From a virus: 64,000 nucleotides of DNA. Under the pieces are notes generated by a model. The model was not told where the DNA came from. It saw nothing but the letters and a program-made list of their open reading frames with translations, and did no database searches. The translations under genes and the position numbers were made by a program. This document shows, one piece after another, positions 40,501 to 49,283 of the stretch. Location: IMG/VR virus record IMGVR_UViG_3300041964_000014, positions 1-64,000 of that record. One strand, given 5' to 3'. How positions within the stretch are numbered: the first letter of the stretch is position 1; the number at the start of each line of letters is the position of its first letter.

Positions 40501-40890
40501 CTGTATCTGATCTCTTAAACGCTTTATAGTATTATCGTTATCTTTGGCAAAAGTAATTAGTTGTACAGCATCGCTAAAATTACGTTTAGTTATATTATCG
40601 TAAATAGGCTTTAAATCTTCACGAGCATCTGTACTACCTATATTCCAACTGCTTTCCCATAACTGTTTTATGGCACTATATAGTACTGGGCGTACTTGAT
40701 TAGGTTTTATATTGTCTATTAGTTGCTGCCAAGTAGCATCTCTATTTTTAAGTACTGTGTTAGCAAAGTACGTATTGTAGTGTTTTTGTATATGGTTAAT
40801 AAACGTATCACTAATAGGGTTTAGTGTGTCTAGTATCTTTCGTGCTTTAGATGTGGATTTACTAGCTGTTTCTAGATTAATAACTACCAT
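37534..40890 (-). CDS. Large MuF (SPP1 gp7-like) minor head protein with coiled-coil extensions
   Basis: RTALTELSAAYNYGR, W.A, VCDRC..L and PPPNPHPYCAC.L.PV motifs. Confidence 0.75.
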   Translation of the reverse strand: MVVINLETASKSTSKARKILDTLNPISDTFINHIQKHYNTYFANTVLKNRDATWQQLIDNIKPNQVRPVLYSAIKQLWESSWNIGSTDAREDLKPIYDNITKRNFSDAVQLITFAKDNDNTIKRLRDQIQSLIYKQEDNASRLEQLNRDIINPDRYAKVRLRQSNLNPDQRNTVVNILTEQANSIKAEQNQLKQKQNALVYQLSRAASGESVAPPKQLDMLSRDDVRQLQQEKRARTQAKRVSAAEQQAERRQQTLLRPLTPTSSSLSKTSSAIRARRIQESEITRDVSKRLKKPITLANETEFAQYLDKRYNDLAQKLTKDITDSTKRNIKQYTDGIANTRSKISNYLASTKHTRERDLIRALSSMYPDYGVEARKILRETKSQKIERRLVTAVKDNIVNLERSLEAYKRVGNTQKVEQLQKELNRERNKLNDDILLNSEQARRLGFPEKEKTISRQELEKISQRRSALPSIKRTALTELSAAYNYGRYAHYANDNTIELVRWNASIEHLRMNNSKTRRKSGKLKRNYSGTGVVCDRCLRLADQDIGYGKGVYPFKLFQTGQMLPPPNPHPYCACYLEPVEGRAKAFPLTAAKLAAASVLGGATIASIALLNSMFNKTRPPVAPINLYDVIENVSRPVLQRLENSDVGNVIRQASEVYDLVELIHEDFNRLKLQAPPNISDTLNLATEQERETANQILEQLENPTKTVKSKFDSSVTIRGRNGKILNEASRALGNDINVLNKAQVLAGESEIIRQQFESRFQAAQGNTKLQAALLSDYTKYISTVTKTINDLGVSQIKMVNTLNAAKTALEETKDTMQRYRVAEELSPGIVDSTNLVNNTSTVRRLTDQANTLYNNILDTQVTRQTYRDTLKGTRDNLLSNPEVANAYLTQKAKELNFIDTIFEPSVGRITLSTNLDTAEEYIRVVQQRIANKATTNPVEYEQSIKDLVNASEELSKIRSATQDIGLDFDLLSSATQNPTIRINNQPTIIPFTQEQVSRVKSRFDTLSKLEADVNNLQAELSMLKSNSPKARDQLSINPRQLEKQSRLNELTREMGSLIYEQQRLNPTNPRYLEIDNYLRDLNTQRREIETAYFKQNIATLGILSPKKRITVNGYKK

Positions 40891-41020
40891 ATGCTATTGA
40901 GTATAGATAGTACTATTATTACAGCTTACTAACCAATATAAAATAAGATAGTTTACTAAGCATATCCATATGTACAGGTATTGTTGCTAAAATAGCAAGT
41001 AACACTATCTCGTATAAATT

Positions 41021-41371
41021 ATGGAACTTAGAGTAAACGACAAAACGTTAGAAGATATTGCTTGTGATATCCAAGAGTCTTATTACACTAAATTTGGTGT
41101 AACTATTGGACGCAATAAGATCCGCTACATTATCAAAGACTATCTGAGATACGTAGAGGAGGAAGTTGCCAAAGGTAACAAAGTAACTATTCAAGGTCAC
41201 GGTACTTACGATTCTTATGAGTACAAGGAACGTACTGGAATTGATCCTACCAAGCAAGAGCAGTTTTATATCGAAACTCACGACGTACCTACATGGCGCA
41301 GTGGGAAAACTTTTCGCCGTAAGGTAAGAGCAGCTTCACTCGAACGCCGCAATAAAGAAAATGCTGGTTGA
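41021..41371 (+). CDS. HU/IHF-like DNA-binding protein
   Basis: G.KV.I.G.G.Y......R.G.DP...E...I....VP.W..GK. Confidence 0.85.
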   Translation: MELRVNDKTLEDIACDIQESYYTKFGVTIGRNKIRYIIKDYLRYVEEEVAKGNKVTIQGHGTYDSYEYKERTGIDPTKQEQFYIETHDVPTWRSGKTFRRKVRAASLERRNKENAG

Positions 41372-41525
41372 TTAACTGTTATAAATATTGATTAAGAGTC
41401 CGAAATAATAAGGAAATTCTCACTCCCTATTTATTTCGGACTTTTACTATGCATATAATAAAAGCCCTTAACCTGTAGAGAGTGGTTAAAGGCATGACTG
41501 AGGTTCTTTGTCTACTTACTTGATA

Positions 41526-42404
41526 TTATAGTTCGTTAAATAAACAGCTGTAGTACGGGTCTAATTTAATAGTGTTTAAATGGTCTTGTTGATATCGCCA
41601 CTTACGCTTAAGTCCTTTTATAAAATAACTATGTGCTAATTCTTTTATAGTAATAGCACTAACTTGGTTATGAGTAGTATCAACTAAACGTATAACTTCG
41701 GGGCTTATATTATATGGGCTTAAGAATATTAGTTTAGCGGACTTATTAGGATAAGCTTGTTGTTGCAGTATTTCAAAATAACCTCGCTTACATATAGCAG
41801 TAGTAATATCGTCTACAGTAATAGGATTCTTTTTAAGCTCATAAGCTTCGATAGTTTTAGAGGTATTACGGTAGAAATCAAATCTACGCTTATCTTTGTT
41901 AAGTAGGTTTAGTATAGGGTGTTCAATATTAATATTACTATAACCACATAAACACATCCAACTATGTAGTCGTCTAGCCAAATCAGCTTCCATTTCTGGC
42001 TGTAAAGGGATAGCGTTGAGTTTTAAGTGATTTCGATTATACCAATATTGCTTTTCTTTTAATAACTCGTTAATACGATTTCCAGCTCTTTGAACATACT
42101 CCGCAGTTATTCTTGCCATAAATATTTGAAAAGGAACAGCTTTGGGTTGTTCGGATTTCTGAAGTAAAAGAAAGCACTGCTCCATACTCAAGTAGTCCAT
42201 TTTATACCTCTTGCCGTTAGAAGCAACTTTCTCCGCAACGAGGAAAGTACCAGAAGCCCCTTCTATAAAGGGTTTTAGCTTAGACCATATTTTACTGGGA
42301 TTGCTATATTCCAAGGCTGTTAATATGTCTTGTGCTGAGTAGTAGAATTGCCCGTCCTTATATATGTGACGTATTTCGTAGTTTTCAAATTGCTTGACTA
42401 ACAT
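41526..42404 (-). CDS. BRO-N domain protein with C-terminal PD-(D/E)xK-like domain
   Basis: FENYEIR....DG..Y....D...AL.YSNP...S..PKA..FQ; later E......RFD.......YELK. Confidence 0.65.
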   Translation of the reverse strand: MLVKQFENYEIRHIYKDGQFYYSAQDILTALEYSNPSKIWSKLKPFIEGASGTFLVAEKVASNGKRYKMDYLSMEQCFLLLQKSEQPKAVPFQIFMARITAEYVQRAGNRINELLKEKQYWYNRNHLKLNAIPLQPEMEADLARRLHSWMCLCGYSNINIEHPILNLLNKDKRRFDFYRNTSKTIEAYELKKNPITVDDITTAICKRGYFEILQQQAYPNKSAKLIFLSPYNISPEVIRLVDTTHNQVSAITIKELAHSYFIKGLKRKWRYQQDHLNTIKLDPYYSCLFNEL

Positions 42405-42476
42405 AGGTAATTATCTAACTTGTTAACGCTATACTGAAATAGTAACACAAGGTAAGAACAGATAGGTACAGTTAAT

Positions 42477-42602
42477 ATGGCTTCTGAAAATAGTATAACT
42501 ATCGGAGTAAGCGATGCGTTCAAAGAAAAACTACTAACCTTAGCTAAACACGAGAATAGAACACTGTCTGCGTATATTAAAAATATCTTAGAAACGCATT
42601 AA
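42477..42602 (+). CDS. Ribbon-helix-helix protein (may extend to ~42844 across an A-run frameshift)
   Basis: MASENSITIGVSDAFKEKLLTLAKHENRTLSAYIKNILETH; divergent from the BRO gene. Confidence 0.65.
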   Translation: MASENSITIGVSDAFKEKLLTLAKHENRTLSAYIKNILETH

Positions 42603-42846
42603 AAAAATACGAAGCTCCCGACTGGTTAGGCTTTCCTTTTGATCCTGAAGGAACATACTCTGCTCCAGTAATATCTCCAGATACTTTAGAAGAGTCCGAA
42701 ACAATAAATGCACTGAAACAAGCGCAACACATTAACAAGATTATCCAACAAGACCACCGGGCGAGTTTAGATACACTACAACAACAACTCGATACTTTGT
42801 TTGACGAGATAGCCCGCCTTAAGCAGATAGTTAGTAGTAAGTGATC

Positions 42847-43398
42847 TTATTGTTTCGGACTCTTTGTTGATTTATTTTCTTGTTTACTAATCTGATGTTT
42901 TCTAAGCGCTTTTGCACCTAAACCGATACCTACACCTATAGCTGCTCCTACTGCAATTCTTGGGGCAGCTTTTTTAACGTGTCTAAAATAATTAGCTTTT
43001 ACTTTAACTGGTTCTTGAAAAATCTTGCGTTGATTATCGGCAAATTCTTGTTTAGCTTGTTCGGCGTAAGTACTAGCTGTCCGCTGGTCGATTCCTCCCA
43101 TCTTTAATTGATGTAACGTATCTCCATAAACCTTCATAGAGTCTTTATCGAGATCAGATAGAAAGGTTTGTCTTACTTTCTCGGCAGCTTTATTAGCATT
43201 TTCAGTGCCTTTTCTTTCTGTAAATATTCCCCTAGCTAGCTTGGGAATACCTCCTGACAAGAATGCTCCGTTTATTCCTAACCCAACAATCGCTCCAGCT
43301 CCTATAGTTTTAGCCGTTTTACGTTTACGCTTATCCTTACTACCTTTCTTTCTAGCGAATGTAGTAAGAGTATGTATGTCCGAAATAAATAGGCTCAT
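42847..43398 (-). CDS. Basic Gly/Ala-rich leader-family protein
   Basis: MSLFISDIHTLTTF-ARKKGSKDKRKRK; start refined. Confidence 0.75.
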   Translation of the reverse strand: MSLFISDIHTLTTFARKKGSKDKRKRKTAKTIGAGAIVGLGINGAFLSGGIPKLARGIFTERKGTENANKAAEKVRQTFLSDLDKDSMKVYGDTLHQLKMGGIDQRTASTYAEQAKQEFADNQRKIFQEPVKVKANYFRHVKKAAPRIAVGAAIGVGIGLGAKALRKHQISKQENKSTKSPKQ

Positions 43399-43870
43399 GT
43401 AATTTAAAATATATCTATTATATATTTGCATACTACTATGAAACCGGATTACGTTACTAAGCTAGGTATTGTAAAACTATTAACCACTAACGGCGACTTT
43501 AAACATATAGTTAAAGTAAACGATGTATTGTATTACGATGATAAGCCTATTAATACTGATTTCTTTTATGAGGAGTTTCAACGAAACAACGAAGTGTATG
43601 TAGATAAAGACGTGTTTATAGATACGCTAAAATAGTAGCTAATATTAATGCTAACTTATAATCCTTTAACTACGATTACTGATAGTGCACTTATCCATAC
43701 AGTACTACGTGCTAATAATGAGAAATCTAAGATTAAGTTAGTTAATGGTATTTTATTTAGAGAGAATAAACCTTTTAAGATTACTGACTACGTAACTAAC
43801 TTTAATTTATTACACGGAACTAGCATTAGTGTTGAGGTGTTTTTGGATACCCTTATACAGATTGCTAGAT

Positions 43871-44669
43871 CTAACTCTTAGCAAATGCAATAATACACTG
43901 CTCTAATAGCATTGCTTGTTGTACAGTACTACTACTAAAACTAATCAAGTTATTAAACATACTTAAACTATTATCAGTTAATTTTTGAGCAGCTTCGGGG
44001 CTTAATTCAAACTCAAAATCATAAGGTTGTCCTATAGATTAAAACCTAGTTTACGATAAAACGATACTGCGTTAGGTAGTGCAGTTAATCGTAACTTACC
44101 ACCATATCCTTCGTTAATACTTTCTTCTATTAAATGTAGTAGTGCAGTAGTACCAGCACCAGAATACTCATTAGCATTAGTAAGCTTATTAGGGTTAGCT
44201 ACTAAGTTCTCGATATAAATAGCTTTATTTTTACTATCGTTATACACAGTAGCCATAGCCCCTACTTTGTTGTTAACACTAATACTCCTAAACTTATTAG
44301 GCTGTTTTTAATCTCGTTAGTTATATTGTCAATAATAGTACGTGTATCGTCGTAATCTACTAACTGTTGTTTAGTAGGTTTAATGTACTGTATAGTTTTA
44401 TTCCAACTAAGTAGTTCTTCTTTAGCTGCGTAATTAAACCTAGTATTATACCCACTACTTAAGTAATCGAAAGCCTTTGCTGGTTTATCTACTTTAGATA
44501 CCGTAGTTTGAGCAGTATTATGTATAACTTTTTTATTACGGCTAATTCCCCGCACACAACTACGTACAGTACGTCCTTTACGAATATAGCTATTAACACG
44601 TATTTGTTTAAGCCCCGACATCCCTACACGAAATTGTGCTGTAGTAGTTATATCACTAATAAAGAACAT
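43871..44669 (-). CDS. Leader-family protein with GNAT acetyltransferase domain (two apparent 1-nt deletions)
   Basis: MFFISDITTTAQF leader; IYIENLVANP...GAGTTALLHLIEES...G.....L.ALPNAVSFYRKLGF. Frame breaks near 44307 and 44038. Confidence 0.65.
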
Positions 44670-44676
44670 ACACTTA

Positions 44677-45132
44677 TTATTTCGGACGTTTTATTTCGTA
44701 TTTATTAACCATATGCTTACCCGCATTGTATTGCTTAATTTCTTTACGTCTCGATAAGTATTTGCTAACCCCTAGAGCAACTCCTAATCCGGCTCCAGCT
44801 ACAGCGGCTTTAGGAGCGATATGTTTTCCAGCTTTAACAACCAAATCTTTCATATCTTTTGGAGAGATTTGTAACTTAACATTTTGTTTTTTAGCTTGGG
44901 ACATACCTTGCGCTAATGCTAATCCGGTTAAACCTGCTGTGCCGACTACAGCTCCCGTTGCTGCACCTACCACAGTTCTCTTTATTACAGGCTCCCTCAG
45001 TGTGACATTACGTTTACCTGTCTTAGTATTAAGTTCTCCCTTAAGAAATTTATTCAACTTACTTTGTCTTTTCTTTTTATCTTTAGAACCTTTTTTACGG
45101 GCAAACTGAGCTACATCGCTGAGGTAATACAT
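44677..45132 (-). CDS. Basic Gly/Ala-rich leader-family protein
   Basis: MYYLSDVAQF-ARKKGSKDKKKR; start refined. Confidence 0.75.
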   Translation of the reverse strand: MYYLSDVAQFARKKGSKDKKKRQSKLNKFLKGELNTKTGKRNVTLREPVIKRTVVGAATGAVVGTAGLTGLALAQGMSQAKKQNVKLQISPKDMKDLVVKAGKHIAPKAAVAGAGLGVALGVSKYLSRRKEIKQYNAGKHMVNKYEIKRPK

Positions 45133-45351
45133 AGAAGTTACACAAGCACTATTATTACTAATTAGTTTAACACTGCACACAGTTTAACTTAATCTAGCGT
45201 AGTAGTTGGGAAGATACATAGTTGTTACACAGTAATAAAGGGAGTCACCACAATATACGTTTATTATGCCCAGACCCTGATTTTTGTAGATTTCTGTGAT
45301 TATCACTAAATATATATTATAATAAACCTAGTACCGTGATAATGTATATAT

Positions 45352-46281
45352 ATGTTAGAACCTAGTTATAGCTTTAGTTTCGATGACGATTTAAAGTTAT
45401 CATATGCATATGAAATAACAATGTTAGACGCTAATATTTCGGGTAGTGAATTGTTAGGCGGATTATTTCCTCGAGGAAAAGTAAGCAGCTTAGTAGCTGA
45501 AGGCGGAGTAGGGAAAACTTTTGTGCTGGTAGCTAGTAGTTTGGCTGTCACTAGCAATCAACCGTTTTTACCAGATTCGGATAGTACCAACCAGCTCAAA
45601 GTATTACTAATAGATACGGAAGGCAGATTAAGGGAGTTTGTTAGACGTGTAGATATATTCAACGGTAATCGAGCTAACTACTACACTCCTAAGCATCCTC
45701 TAGAAATATGTACCTTTTCTAACGAAACAGATAGAGTAGTAATCGAAAAGACAATAGTAGCTAAAGACATTGGGTTAGTTATAGTAGATAGTTTTGCTGG
45801 TTTTAGTAATGTAGACGAAAATACTAATGCAGTATTGCCCGCACTACAATGGCTTAGTAGTTTAGCACTTAAATACAATACTGCAATTGTATTTACTCAA
45901 TTAGTTAATAAGTCCGAAAACAAAAATAACCGAATTACAACTAAAAGTGTTAGGGGATTTAGTGGTATTACACAATGGTGTGAAATGGTATGGGCATTAG
46001 ACAAACCTACTGCCGATAAAACTATGCGGAGATTGTATCAGATTAAAAATAACGTTACAGAAGAAGATCCCACTGATTATTTATTTAAGATTCAAAACAA
46101 TCAGATACTATGGCAAACAACGAATAACACTACTAAACATCAGAGGCGTTTTGAATTAATGAGTAATAATCCTAAACTGTCTAATAAGGAAATTGCTAAA
46201 CTAATTCAACAAGAAGAACCCGATATGAAATTAGGAAGTATTGAAATGTGGATAAGCCGTAATCGTAATAAGAGTAACTAG
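45352..46281 (+). CDS. RecA-fold ATPase (RepA/AAA_25 helicase-like)
   Basis: Walker A AEGGVGKT, VLLIDTE, Walker B LVIVDS, RG.S, KNN. Confidence 0.8.
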   Translation: MLEPSYSFSFDDDLKLSYAYEITMLDANISGSELLGGLFPRGKVSSLVAEGGVGKTFVLVASSLAVTSNQPFLPDSDSTNQLKVLLIDTEGRLREFVRRVDIFNGNRANYYTPKHPLEICTFSNETDRVVIEKTIVAKDIGLVIVDSFAGFSNVDENTNAVLPALQWLSSLALKYNTAIVFTQLVNKSENKNNRITTKSVRGFSGITQWCEMVWALDKPTADKTMRRLYQIKNNVTEEDPTDYLFKIQNNQILWQTTNNTTKHQRRFELMSNNPKLSNKEIAKLIQQEEPDMKLGSIEMWISRNRNKSN

Positions 46282-46785
46282 ATGATCTACTTTATAACAG
46301 AAGAAGGTAATTTAGATTATATTAAAATAGGTTTTACAGATAATGAGGATGTTAGGTTACGTATTGCTACTTTACAAACAGGTAATCCACGTAAACTAAT
46401 ATTAGTAAAAGCTATTGAAGGTACGTATGAACATGAACAAGCCCTACATTTGTTATTTGCTAATGATAAGATAAGGGGTGAGTGGTTTATTTACTCAGAA
46501 GATATTAAACGGTATTTAGCCACAACTCCAGATCTACCTCCATATAGAAAACCATATCAAAAGCTTGGATTAACTGCGACTATTATGTTAATGGAGGAAC
46601 TTAATATACATACTCTGTACACATACCACTACGGACTTAAATCAGTACTTGTAGATGGCAGACCCTTAGATCCTAAATTCGATAGTATGGATTTTAGATA
46701 TAAGAGTAAAGTAGAAGTTAGCTATAGAGTATTCCATGAAGCTTGCGAGTATTGGGCAATAAAAAATACGCCAAAGACTGAGTAA
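46282..46785 (+). CDS. GIY-YIG (T5orf172/MUG113-like) protein
   Basis: IYFI.......IKIGFT.....RIATLQTGNP..L...E..LH..F......GEWF. Confidence 0.85.
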   Translation: MIYFITEEGNLDYIKIGFTDNEDVRLRIATLQTGNPRKLILVKAIEGTYEHEQALHLLFANDKIRGEWFIYSEDIKRYLATTPDLPPYRKPYQKLGLTATIMLMEELNIHTLYTYHYGLKSVLVDGRPLDPKFDSMDFRYKSKVEVSYRVFHEACEYWAIKNTPKTE

Positions 46786-46845
46786 CTTAAAGTTATTACT
46801 AATTATTTCGGATAGACCTTCTTTAGTTATACGGGAGGTTTTTTT

Positions 46846-48459
46846 TTAATTAAACAAACTCGTATAATAAGTCCCACTACTATTAATCAACCGCACATCA
46901 AACAAATCAATAGGCGATTCCACTCGATTCGCTTCCGCCTCAATAGTCGTATATTGCTTCAACGTTTGCCCATACTTCGCCAAATACAGTAGTGCATAAG
47001 CTGTCGAATCCACGGCATCATCGTGTTTAGCTTTTGGGAACATTAGTAACTCATTCTTGAATTCCCGCACCCAACTCTTGCCTTTATTCGATGGCGCAGG
47101 AAAATATATATTACCAGCCTCAAATTCAGGTGTACAAGCTATAAAGCGACTTTCTTTGTCACCTCCATAATCTTTAGGCTCCATTGGTATTAAGCCGCTC
47201 ACATGACGTTGCAAGGTATCTATAGCCGCCTGTCCATTGCTTTTCTTTTCAATTAGTATTGCCCTAATCTCTGGATACTTCAACTTAAAAGAAACAATAG
47301 CCTCAATCTGTTGTGGGAATGTTAGTTTTGCCCTAATACAATCTACCAAGTATCTCCGACTACCGACTTTGCCCCACACAGTTCCGACACAATAGTCATT
47401 CTTATTACTATTAGCTAAATCCCACGACGCTACCAATATGTCGAAATGATCTGGGAGTCCCGCATCAGAATACTCATTTATTTGTTCGGACTTGACATAC
47501 CCCCCACCTTTCGGGACTGGTTGTTGTTGGAACTGGCTAGCCCATCTCCATTCACCTTTACGTTTTTCTTTAGCTACCGTTTCCTCACTCATTAGGTTGG
47601 GGGCTAATAACTCTCCCGGTTCACGGCGGGGATCTTCAAAGCCTAGCGAAGTAGTATAAGTACGCTCCGGATCGTATTCAATTGGTAGTGCAAAGTAATC
47701 CCAACCACTATCCTGCGACAACACACGCCCAATTAAATCGTCTTCTGCCAGTCTCTGATGCACAATCAACTGTGTAAAGGTCTCAGGAGTCTCCCAACGT
47801 GACGACATAGTATCGAAGTACCAATCACTCACTTTGTCTTTAGATACCCTTGAATGAGCTTCTAGAGCTTTGTGGGGGTCATCTATGATTAGTGTGCGAC
47901 AACCTTCTCCCGTACCTTTACCTTCAATAGATGTGGCTAATCTAAAGCCTCCTTTATCGTTTTCATAGCGAGACTTTTGGTTAGTATCGTGCCGCAGTTT
48001 AAATAATCGTCCCCACCTGTTTTGAAACCATGTTGTATTAATTAATCTACGGCTAGCTACTGCATCTCGCACAACCAAACTTTCACCATAACTCGCGGTA
48101 ATAAAAGTATGTGTAGCATCTTGTATCCAGCACCATACCGGAAACGCCACACTACATATTGTGGATTTTGCATGACGTGGACTTACGGCTATGGCTAGTT
48201 TTTCAATTTGGCGAGTACGTAATGCCATTAAGTGTTCACAAATGGCATCTACGTACCAGTTCTCTTTAAACTCCCCTCGTGCTATGTGTTGCCAGCTAGC
48301 TACTAGAAAATGATATAAATTAGCTTCTGCTAGTATTGTTAATTCTTCTTCTAGTAATACCTCTAATTCCGATTCTTCGTTAGTACTGTTATTTTCTAAC
48401 TTAGCTATTTCAGCTTCAATTAGTTGTAGTTCTTTTAATAACGCATCTTTACTAGCCAT
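46846..48459 (-). CDS. terL: Terminase large subunit
   Basis: SPRHAKST Walker A, LIIDDP Walker B, YQQ-like QFQQQP, SWDLA and FP...HDDAVDS nuclease motifs. Confidence 0.95.
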   Translation of the reverse strand: MASKDALLKELQLIEAEIAKLENNSTNEESELEVLLEEELTILAEANLYHFLVASWQHIARGEFKENWYVDAICEHLMALRTRQIEKLAIAVSPRHAKSTICSVAFPVWCWIQDATHTFITASYGESLVVRDAVASRRLINTTWFQNRWGRLFKLRHDTNQKSRYENDKGGFRLATSIEGKGTGEGCRTLIIDDPHKALEAHSRVSKDKVSDWYFDTMSSRWETPETFTQLIVHQRLAEDDLIGRVLSQDSGWDYFALPIEYDPERTYTTSLGFEDPRREPGELLAPNLMSEETVAKEKRKGEWRWASQFQQQPVPKGGGYVKSEQINEYSDAGLPDHFDILVASWDLANSNKNDYCVGTVWGKVGSRRYLVDCIRAKLTFPQQIEAIVSFKLKYPEIRAILIEKKSNGQAAIDTLQRHVSGLIPMEPKDYGGDKESRFIACTPEFEAGNIYFPAPSNKGKSWVREFKNELLMFPKAKHDDAVDSTAYALLYLAKYGQTLKQYTTIEAEANRVESPIDLFDVRLINSSGTYYTSLFN

Positions 48460-48461
48460 AA

Positions 48462-49283
48462 TTAATTAGATACCTTCATTAAACTACCCAATTTATCCAA
48501 CACTTTAATAAAGATGTTAGTACTCTCAATATGTGGCACTAAATGGCTTTCAATTGTTGCCACTAATTCCTCAATCTTACGGTTAATACTACGTACTTTA
48601 TCCAAGCTATTGTATTGAACAAATACAGCCCCAATATCTCGTTCTTCTTTGTCTACATTACCTCGCAACAAAAAACAGTAGTATCCTTCCACACCCATAC
48701 GTAACATACGTTGTTTACTAGTACTACTATTTTTAGAATCTCCAAAACTATTAGGGGTTATAAATACATAGTTTGTGGGTAGTAATTCCTGAAACTCCTC
48801 GTTATCATAAGCTTTCTTTTTTACTAGTGCCAAATCTTCGGCATACAAACTAAGCGGTATTTCCCTCAAATTAAACGCTACTGTAGCTACCCCATTATCT
48901 ACTGTTTCATGTGTGATAGTTAGTTTGCTATAAGAGTATCCCCCGTAATAGTTCTGCCCGTTATGAAACTGAGCAATTAATACGCGACTAGCACAGCTTT
49001 CAGCTAGTATACGCCCCAACAGTGAATTGATATGGTGTTCTGTTTCGACAGGTAGTGCCAACGATCTTTTGGCTGCCGATAACTTTGGTTGCAATATGTT
49101 TTTACTTACCCAACCCAACACCAACAGCGAAACTAACCCTAGCGTTTGTCCCCCCACAACTATTAACTTGTCTTTGATTGGGGCATCGTCTTGTGAATTT
49201 GGTGGTACTGTTATAACAGAAGCCCCGCTTTTGTCTTGTTTAATTATATTGGTGTTGTCATTCGCTAATATCATTTGGCTCAC
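48462..49283 (-). CDS. Single-TM protein with GAF-like soluble domain (possible holin/lysis regulator)
   Basis: One hydrophobic helix, then ASRV.I.QFHNG...S......HE pattern. Confidence 0.4.
   Translation of the reverse strand: MSQMILANDNTNIIKQDKSGASVITVPPNSQDDAPIKDKLIVVGGQTLGLVSLLVLGWVSKNILQPKLSAAKRSLALPVETEHHINSLLGRILAESCASRVLIAQFHNGQNYYGGYSYSKLTITHETVDNGVATVAFNLREIPLSLYAEDLALVKKKAYDNEEFQELLPTNYVFITPNSFGDSKNSSTSKQRMLRMGVEGYYCFLLRGNVDKEERDIGAVFVQYNSLDKVRSINRKIEELVATIESHLVPHIESTNIFIKVLDKLGSLMKVSN

Noticed and set aside
14564-45109. Plus-strand ORFs antisense to Gly/Ala-rich or structural genes (e.g. 14564, 15146, 17612, 17996, 32190, 38843, 40001, 44726)
   Set aside because: Shadow frames of well-supported minus-strand genes.
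14431-45132. Leader family as double-glycine bacteriocin/RiPP precursors
   Set aside because: No GG cleavage motif, peptidase-ABC exporter or modifying enzymes; head-module context and scaffold motifs fit better.
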